Source: Lachnospiraceae bacterium
Lineage (GTDB): Bacteria > Bacillota > Clostridia > Lachnospirales > Lachnospiraceae
Assembly: GCA_031548165.1 (NCBI GenBank)
Contig: JAVBRI010000001.1
Span: 53,150-85,149, forward strand
Reading direction: 5' to 3'
DNA: 32,000 bases
The notes under the pieces are model-generated. The model saw nothing but the letters and a program-made list of their open reading frames with translations, was not told the origin of the DNA and ran no database searches. The position numbers and the translations under genes are program-made. This document shows positions 24,977 through 30,019 of the stretch, piece by piece (the stretch's first letter is position 1; every line of letters begins with the position of its first letter).

Positions 24977-26197
24977 ATGGCAAAAGATTTAAGTAAACTT
25001 ACAAATGTAGTGAAGGATATATCAGCAAAAAGCTTTGAAAAAGCAAATGAAAAGAAGGTGGTTTGGATAAAGGATGAAAATCTATTAGACCATCCTTTAA
25101 ATGATGAGGACTTAACATACACTACGGATATTGAAGAGCATATAAAAACAGAAGGTTTTAGATATCCTCTAACAGTTACTAGATTTGGTATAGATGAAAA
25201 AGATAAGTATTATATTGTCTCTGGTCATAGGAGCCGTAAAGCAGGTAGGAAACTCGGAAAAGATGAGTTTCCATGCATAATTGAGGACTATGCTACAGAA
25301 GATGACGTCTACCATGCAATACTTACAGCTAATACGAGACGCAATTATGATCCACTAGATTTAGTATCAAGATATATAAAATGGAATAAGTATCTGGATA
25401 GAATTGGATATAAAGGAAGCAGAGCAGATGAAATAGGAAAACGTCTAGGTATATCGCCAAAACAAGCAGAAAAGTACAAGGCATTTACAAAAATAATACC
25501 TGAGTTTTGGCAACTTGTTAGAGAAAACGATGCAGCTAAAGATGGGCTATATCAACTTGCTCCAATGTCAGAAGAGAAGCAACATGAAATATTTAATTTA
25601 ATGGAAGAATGTAATCCAAGTAATGAAAAGATAACAGTATACTTTGAAAGAGATGTGATAGCAGCATATAGGTCAGGTATAAGAAATTATAAGGACTATC
25701 TTGAGTATATAAATGATAAGAATGAATTAAAACAAAATAAAGAGCCAGCTCATGTTAATAAAGAAACAAGTGTATTGACTGAAAGGGGTGGAACAGTAGT
25801 GAAAACTATTGATAATCAAGCAAGTCCTGTTTATGAAAAAATAGAAAAAGATGTTGCGAATAAATCAACTGAAGATTTTCCTATTATGTCTAAAGAAGAT
25901 ATGGAAGTTGCACAAAGTATAGGTGTTGATGATTCACTCAATAAGGATAATAATAAGGATGAAATAGTAATTAAAAAAGATACCATTAAAAATAAAAGAA
26001 GTGAAGAAACAAACGAAAATTATCAAGTAAAATCAAATGCATCAGAAATACTGAGAGATATGTCGGTTTTAATGTCAAAGATTAATCTTGATGGAAATTA
26101 TAAGTCAAAAGAAGATATTGATTTTATCTGTAAAATATCAAATAAGTTAATAGATAATATAGTGCTCGAACTTGAATATTTAAGCTTCAAAAAGTAA
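24977..26197 (+). CDS. parB: ParB/Srx N-terminal domain protein (partition DNA-binding protein) with a long low-complexity C-terminus
   Basis: 'YYIVSGHRSRKAGRKLG' (ParB GxRR-box variant), a downstream HTH-like 'EIGKRLGISPKQAEKY', and a position directly after parA. Confidence 0.7.
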   Translation: MAKDLSKLTNVVKDISAKSFEKANEKKVVWIKDENLLDHPLNDEDLTYTTDIEEHIKTEGFRYPLTVTRFGIDEKDKYYIVSGHRSRKAGRKLGKDEFPCIIEDYATEDDVYHAILTANTRRNYDPLDLVSRYIKWNKYLDRIGYKGSRADEIGKRLGISPKQAEKYKAFTKIIPEFWQLVRENDAAKDGLYQLAPMSEEKQHEIFNLMEECNPSNEKITVYFERDVIAAYRSGIRNYKDYLEYINDKNELKQNKEPAHVNKETSVLTERGGTVVKTIDNQASPVYEKIEKDVANKSTEDFPIMSKEDMEVAQSIGVDDSLNKDNNKDEIVIKKDTIKNKRSEETNENYQVKSNASEILRDMSVLMSKINLDGNYKSKEDIDFICKISNKLIDNIVLELEYLSFKK

Positions 26198-26239
26198 AAT
26201 ATAATGGATATAATATGCAAAAATATTTTTGAAAAATCA

Positions 26240-26268
26240 TTGACTTTTTTAGAGAAATTGCATATAAT
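26240..26268 (+). promoter_or_regulatory. Near-consensus SigA promoter driving the antitoxin RNA repeats
   Basis: TTGACT (26240-26245), a 17-nt spacer, then TATAAT (26263-26268). The first repeat begins about 13 nt downstream. Confidence 0.65.
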
Positions 26269-26280
26269 AAATACATAAAG

Positions 26281-26412
26281 ATGGTGTTTCTCTACCGAAG
26301 GCGTTGAAGTGAGAAAAGAAAAGTGTGGAGTTTCTCAGCCAAAGTCGTTGAAATGAGAAAAGATATGAGTGGTGTCTCTCTACCAAGGTCGTTGAAAGGG
26401 GAAACGATAACG
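26281..26412 (+). ncRNA. Type III antitoxin RNA precursor: three tandem 44-nt repeats (ToxI/CptI-like)
   Basis: The repeats occupy 26281-26324, 26325-26368 and 26369-26412, with a period of exactly 44 nt. The shared core is TGGnGTyTCTCnnCCnAnGnCGTTGAAnnGnGAAAnGA. Repeats 1 and 2 each contain TTTCTC...GAGAAA, which can pair. There is no ORF. The region lies between a promoter and a terminator, upstream of a ToxN-like gene. Confidence 0.75.
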
Positions 26413-26421
26413 ATTAGAAAA

Positions 26422-26457
26422 ATATGAGAAGCTTTTTATGCTTCTCATATTTTTTTT
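26422..26457 (+). terminator. Rho-independent terminator between antitoxin repeats and toxin gene
   Basis: Perfect 11-bp stem ATATGAGAAGC / GCTTCTCATAT, 7-nt loop, then a 7-T run. This is the architecture known to set the antitoxin:toxin ratio in type III TA loci. Confidence 0.75.
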
Positions 26458-26477
26458 GTTTAGGGGGGTGACAAAAG

Positions 26478-27143
26478 ATGAAGTTTAGTAACTTTGACTT
26501 TGTATACATTTCAGTTGATTATTTGAGAGAACTGCATAAAGCTGATTCGGAAGTGTTTTTTTCAGAAAATAGCAATTATGATAAAAAGCCACATTTAGGT
26601 GTTTTAGTTAATAATGAGGATAAGAAGTATGTGATACCTCTAACATCGGCTAAGCAAAAGCATAAAAAATGGGATAAGACTTCATTAACTTATTATTTGA
26701 TTTATGAACTAGTAAATATTGAAAAAACAAAGATAGGGGAAGAGGATGTGCTAACTGATGTAAGTAATTTGAAAATATTGACAGAAAGAGGTGTTTCAAA
26801 AAACGATTATTATAAGTATAAAAACCGTCTATTATCAGTATTAGAGATAAAAAAGATGTTTCCAGTAGCAGAAGGCACATATAAATATATTGATATGAAC
26901 AAGCAAGATGGGTTGAGTGAGAAGGAATTTAAGCAACTAGCCTTGCTTAAAAAGGAGTATTTATTTTGTAAAAAAATAGAAAAAGATATTGAGGAAAAGG
27001 CAAAGCAGATATATAATAAACAAGTAAAAACAAATAGAGTATTAAAATTTCATTGTGACTACAAAAAATTGGAGGAGGCATCCAAGCTTTATGTGGAAAG
27101 CATGGAAAATATAAGAGAAACTAGAATGAAAAAACATAGATAA
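26478..27143 (+). CDS. ToxN/AbiQ-family endoribonuclease toxin (type III toxin-antitoxin / abortive infection)
   Basis: 'MKFSNF...YISVDYLRELHKAD...KKPHLGVLVNNEDKKYVIPLTSAKQKHKKW' parallels the ToxN/AbiQ N-terminus (MKFY..., ...Y[LF]APL[ST]S.K.KH). The G-rich RBS GGGGGGTG lies 7 nt upstream. Confidence 0.75.
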   Translation: MKFSNFDFVYISVDYLRELHKADSEVFFSENSNYDKKPHLGVLVNNEDKKYVIPLTSAKQKHKKWDKTSLTYYLIYELVNIEKTKIGEEDVLTDVSNLKILTERGVSKNDYYKYKNRLLSVLEIKKMFPVAEGTYKYIDMNKQDGLSEKEFKQLALLKKEYLFCKKIEKDIEEKAKQIYNKQVKTNRVLKFHCDYKKLEEASKLYVESMENIRETRMKKHR

Positions 27144-27156
27144 AAGTATGGAGTAT

Positions 27157-27183
27157 AAAATCCCTCGTCACGAGGGATTTTTT
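27157..27183 (+). terminator. Hairpin family copy E (AAAATCCCTCG-TCA-CGAGGGATTTT plus T-run)
   Basis: The core is the exact reverse complement of the A/B core (loop TCA versus TGA), flanked by A and T tracts. Confidence 0.75.
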
Positions 27184-27185
27184 AG

Positions 27186-27214
27186 TTGAAAAAAATGTAA
27201 AATAATGGTATATT
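27186..27214 (+). promoter_or_regulatory. SigA-type promoter with extended -10
   Basis: TTGAAA (27186-27191), a 17-nt spacer ending in TGG, then TATATT (27209-27214). Confidence 0.5.
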
Positions 27215-27260
27215 GATAACTAATATAAAAAGTTTTGTAAAAAAATATGGAGGACAAGTT

Positions 27261-28262
27261 ATGAAAGATACAAATGATACAGGCATTGGTGTAATAGGAA
27301 TTGAGATGATAGTCATAGGAATACTTGTAGGTAAGGCAGTATATAGCTTTTTTGATTTATCATGGCAGTTAAGTACTCTTATTGCGATTTTTTCGGCAAT
27401 AGTATTTGTTACATTGTTAATGGTTAAGTATCTAGGTTTTGTTTTACAAGCAGGTATGAGTATTCTATTAACATATATTATTCTTGAGTTAATAGATAAA
27501 TTTTTTCATATGAGTGAAGATCTAAGTGAGAGACCAGTTGAGTTATGGATTATACGGATAGTAATCGGTATAATTGTTTTGTTAATACTAGAAGGGGTCC
27601 TATACATGTTAAAAAGAGATGACTATTCTAGAGACTCAAGTAAAACAACTACATACGTACATATAAAAACTGCAGATAATGTTATTTCAGGAGATTATAC
27701 TGAAGAAGATATTATTAAAGCTAGGGGACTTAGTATTATATCTGATATTATAAACAAGTTAGATAGTAAATACAAGGAAGTTGAAAGTATAGGGGAAAAA
27801 ATAAGAGAATTAGAGTTTAATGAAATGGCAATTGATAAGTTAAACGAATTTTTAAGTGAGTTTAATACAGGGTATAGAAAAATACTTGAGATAGCAGCGC
27901 CATACATGACTAAAGGGAGTTCTTACTTAGTATCTTCAATAAGTAACGATGTTAGTGAGTTAAATAAAAGATATAAAAATGTTGAAAATAGCGTAGAAGA
28001 TATGAAATCTTTAATAAGAGAAGCTGAAGTGCATAAAGAACAACGAGATAAAGAACAAAGGAAACATCAAGAAAGTACGAATAGAAAACAAGATGAGAAT
28101 CTAGATACTACATTGTTTGAAGGCTGTAATGACATCGAAAGTCTTTCAAAGAGGTATAAGAAGCTTATGCAGCTATATCATCCAGATAATATGGGTGGGG
28201 CGTCAGAAATGGCAAAGAAGATAAATAATACATATGACATTTTATGTAAGAAATATAGTTAA
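27261..28262 (+). CDS. Membrane-anchored J-domain (DnaJ-like) protein
   Basis: The ATG at 27261 follows GGAGGA (27249-27254). About 4 N-terminal TM helices, a central coiled coil, and an extreme C-terminal J-domain 'LSKRYKKLMQLYHPDNMGG..AKKINNTYDIL' with the HPD tripeptide. Confidence 0.7.
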   Translation: MKDTNDTGIGVIGIEMIVIGILVGKAVYSFFDLSWQLSTLIAIFSAIVFVTLLMVKYLGFVLQAGMSILLTYIILELIDKFFHMSEDLSERPVELWIIRIVIGIIVLLILEGVLYMLKRDDYSRDSSKTTTYVHIKTADNVISGDYTEEDIIKARGLSIISDIINKLDSKYKEVESIGEKIRELEFNEMAIDKLNEFLSEFNTGYRKILEIAAPYMTKGSSYLVSSISNDVSELNKRYKNVENSVEDMKSLIREAEVHKEQRDKEQRKHQESTNRKQDENLDTTLFEGCNDIESLSKRYKKLMQLYHPDNMGGASEMAKKINNTYDILCKKYS

Positions 28263-28311
28263 TGTTATTATGATTTATGGAAAACCTAGTTGAGTAAAAG
28301 GAGAAGAGTAA

Positions 28312-28875
28312 ATGGAAGCAATGATTCTAATGGAAGTATTAATTTTAGCAGTAGTAATTTATATAGCAATTAAGATAAAGAAGTGTGGGGAATCTAGCAA
28401 GGTAAAGGAAAGTAAGGGTCAAGAAACTAAAGATGATAGTATAGAAAAATATCCATATAAGAAGATAAAATTACTTACGGGTTCAGAATATGCATTTTAC
28501 ATGAAACTAAAGTTTAAATGTGATAAATATAATATGTTGATATGCCCAAAGGTAAGGCTAGAAGATTTTATAGATGTAACTTATGGATGGAGTATAAAAT
28601 ATAGATTACGTATCAGGTCAAGACATGTGGATTTTCTTATATGTGACAGTAAACTTAATATATTATGTGGAATAGAGTTAGATGGTGAATCTCATGAGAG
28701 CTATAAACAACAGAAAATTGATAAATTTAAAAACAACTTATTCCAAGTAATTAAAATACCATTACATAGAGTAAAGGTATCAGATGGAATTAAGTTTGAG
28801 GTTCATATAGATAGTATATTAGGAGAATATCAAACAGCACAAAAAGAAAAATTGGATAAGAATGAGCGAAAGTAG
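28312..28875 (+). CDS. DUF2726-like (restriction-endonuclease-fold) protein with an N-terminal TM anchor
   Basis: 'LTGSEYAFYMKL...ICPKVRLEDFIDV...RHVDFLICDSKLNILCGIELDGESH' matches the DUF2726 pattern (E...K-type nuclease-fold core VDF...IELDG.SH). Confidence 0.5.
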   Translation: MEAMILMEVLILAVVIYIAIKIKKCGESSKVKESKGQETKDDSIEKYPYKKIKLLTGSEYAFYMKLKFKCDKYNMLICPKVRLEDFIDVTYGWSIKYRLRIRSRHVDFLICDSKLNILCGIELDGESHESYKQQKIDKFKNNLFQVIKIPLHRVKVSDGIKFEVHIDSILGEYQTAQKEKLDKNERK

Positions 28876-28928
28876 TGATTTAGTATCTTTTTAAGGGTAT
28901 TAAATGGTAAAATTTAATATGAATGCTT

Positions 28929-28955
28929 AAAAATCCCTCATGATGAGGGGTTTTT
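28929..28955 (+). terminator. Hairpin family copy F (AAAAATCCCTCA-TGA-TGAGGGGTTTTT)
   Basis: It has the same architecture as the other copies, but the closing stem pair is changed on both arms (CG...CG becomes CA...TG), which preserves pairing. Box 2 follows at 28969-28986. Confidence 0.7.
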
Positions 28956-29055
28956 GTTATAAAAAAATGTATCAAAAACGCACCACCTATTTTTATTTAT
29001 ATATCTATTATATAGGGATAAAGTTAAAAACGAAGCAAAACTTTATACAGAAATG

Positions 29056-29084
29056 TTGACAATATCCATAAAATATATTATAAT
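29056..29084 (+). promoter_or_regulatory. Consensus SigA promoter
   Basis: TTGACA (29056-29061), a 17-nt spacer, then TATAAT (29079-29084). It lies about 100 nt upstream of the 29185 CDS. Confidence 0.6.
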
Positions 29085-29184
29085 ACATATATAAATGCAT
29101 CGTAAAATACAATTCAAATAAAAGTTGATATAGGGTAAAAAAGTATTATAATATAAATATATGAAACATAAGGAGGAATGAGAT

Positions 29185-29892
29185 ATGGATAAGTTAAATG
29201 AACTTTTTAGACAGAATAAGAAAAGTGTGATAATAGCAGCGAGTGGAATACTTGCAATAGCTATATTGATGATATCGGTGGTTGTTACAAGTCAAGGAAA
29301 ATCAAAAAATGATGAGACTACAACAATAACAACAAAGGAAATAACAAAAGTTGATTCAAGTACAGAAGAAACAACAACATTTAAACAAGAAGAAACAACC
29401 ACAGAGAATACAACAACAATTCAGGAAACGACAACTCAAGAAGAAACAACTGTTAAAAAGGAAGATGTAACAACAGTAACTATTGTTGAAACACCAAAAC
29501 AGACTGAAACAGAAAAACAACAACAGCCACAAAGTGAAACACCAAAAGCAACTGAAGCTGAAACAACAACTCTTAATTTCAAAGATGGAGACATAGTTGT
29601 AGGAGATGCATTAATTGATTTGAATAAGGATAAAACAGATGGAGGAAAGTGTCCATATAAATTAAAAGAGATAACAACTAGAAAATATACAAATGGAAAT
29701 GGAAATTATACAACATACGAAGGATATTATGCTACATGGGAAGAAATAATGGGATTATTTGACTTACAAGATGAGCTTCTTGGTAAATATGGAATAATCT
29801 ATAATGAGCATGATAAATATGATGGATGGACTCAATTTGTTGGAAAGTATAATGAAGGAGAAATTCATTTTCTGTTTTACAAAATTAAATAG
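29185..29892 (+). CDS. Membrane-anchored/exported protein with a Thr/Glu-rich linker
   Basis: N-terminal TM/signal anchor 'VIIAASGILAIAILMISVVV', about 90 aa of ETTT-type low-complexity linker, and a globular C-terminal domain. RBS AAGGAGG. Confidence 0.6.
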   Translation: MDKLNELFRQNKKSVIIAASGILAIAILMISVVVTSQGKSKNDETTTITTKEITKVDSSTEETTTFKQEETTTENTTTIQETTTQEETTVKKEDVTTVTIVETPKQTETEKQQQPQSETPKATEAETTTLNFKDGDIVVGDALIDLNKDKTDGGKCPYKLKEITTRKYTNGNGNYTTYEGYYATWEEIMGLFDLQDELLGKYGIIYNEHDKYDGWTQFVGKYNEGEIHFLFYKIK

Positions 29893-29902
29893 GAGTATTG
29901 TA

Positions 29903-29927
29903 AAAATCCCTCGTCACGAGGGATTTT
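29903..29927 (+). terminator. Hairpin family copy G (AAAATCCCTCG-TCA-CGAGGGATTTT)
   Basis: Core identical to copy E. A box-2 variant GTATTAAAAGTGCACCAC follows at 29942-29959. Confidence 0.75.
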
Positions 29928-30019
29928 GTTATGTATAGAAAGTATTAAAAGTGCACCACCTATTTTAACTTTAATATCTATTATATAGAGATAAAGTAAA
30001 AAAAAGGAGGAAAAATCAA

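Noticed and set aside
26281-26412. A CRISPR array as the explanation for the 44-nt repeats.
   Set aside because: The repeats are directly contiguous with no spacers and there are only three copies. They diverge from one another, no cas genes are present, and they sit in the promoter-repeats-terminator-ToxN layout of type III TA loci.
28967-29059. A 30-aa ORF (MYQKRTTYFYLYIYYIGIKLKTKQNFIQKC) starting inside box 2 of module F.
   Set aside because: It has no RBS. The homologous module G has a stop after 5 codons, and the composition is typical of random AT-rich DNA. The conservation is at the nucleotide level, not the coding level.
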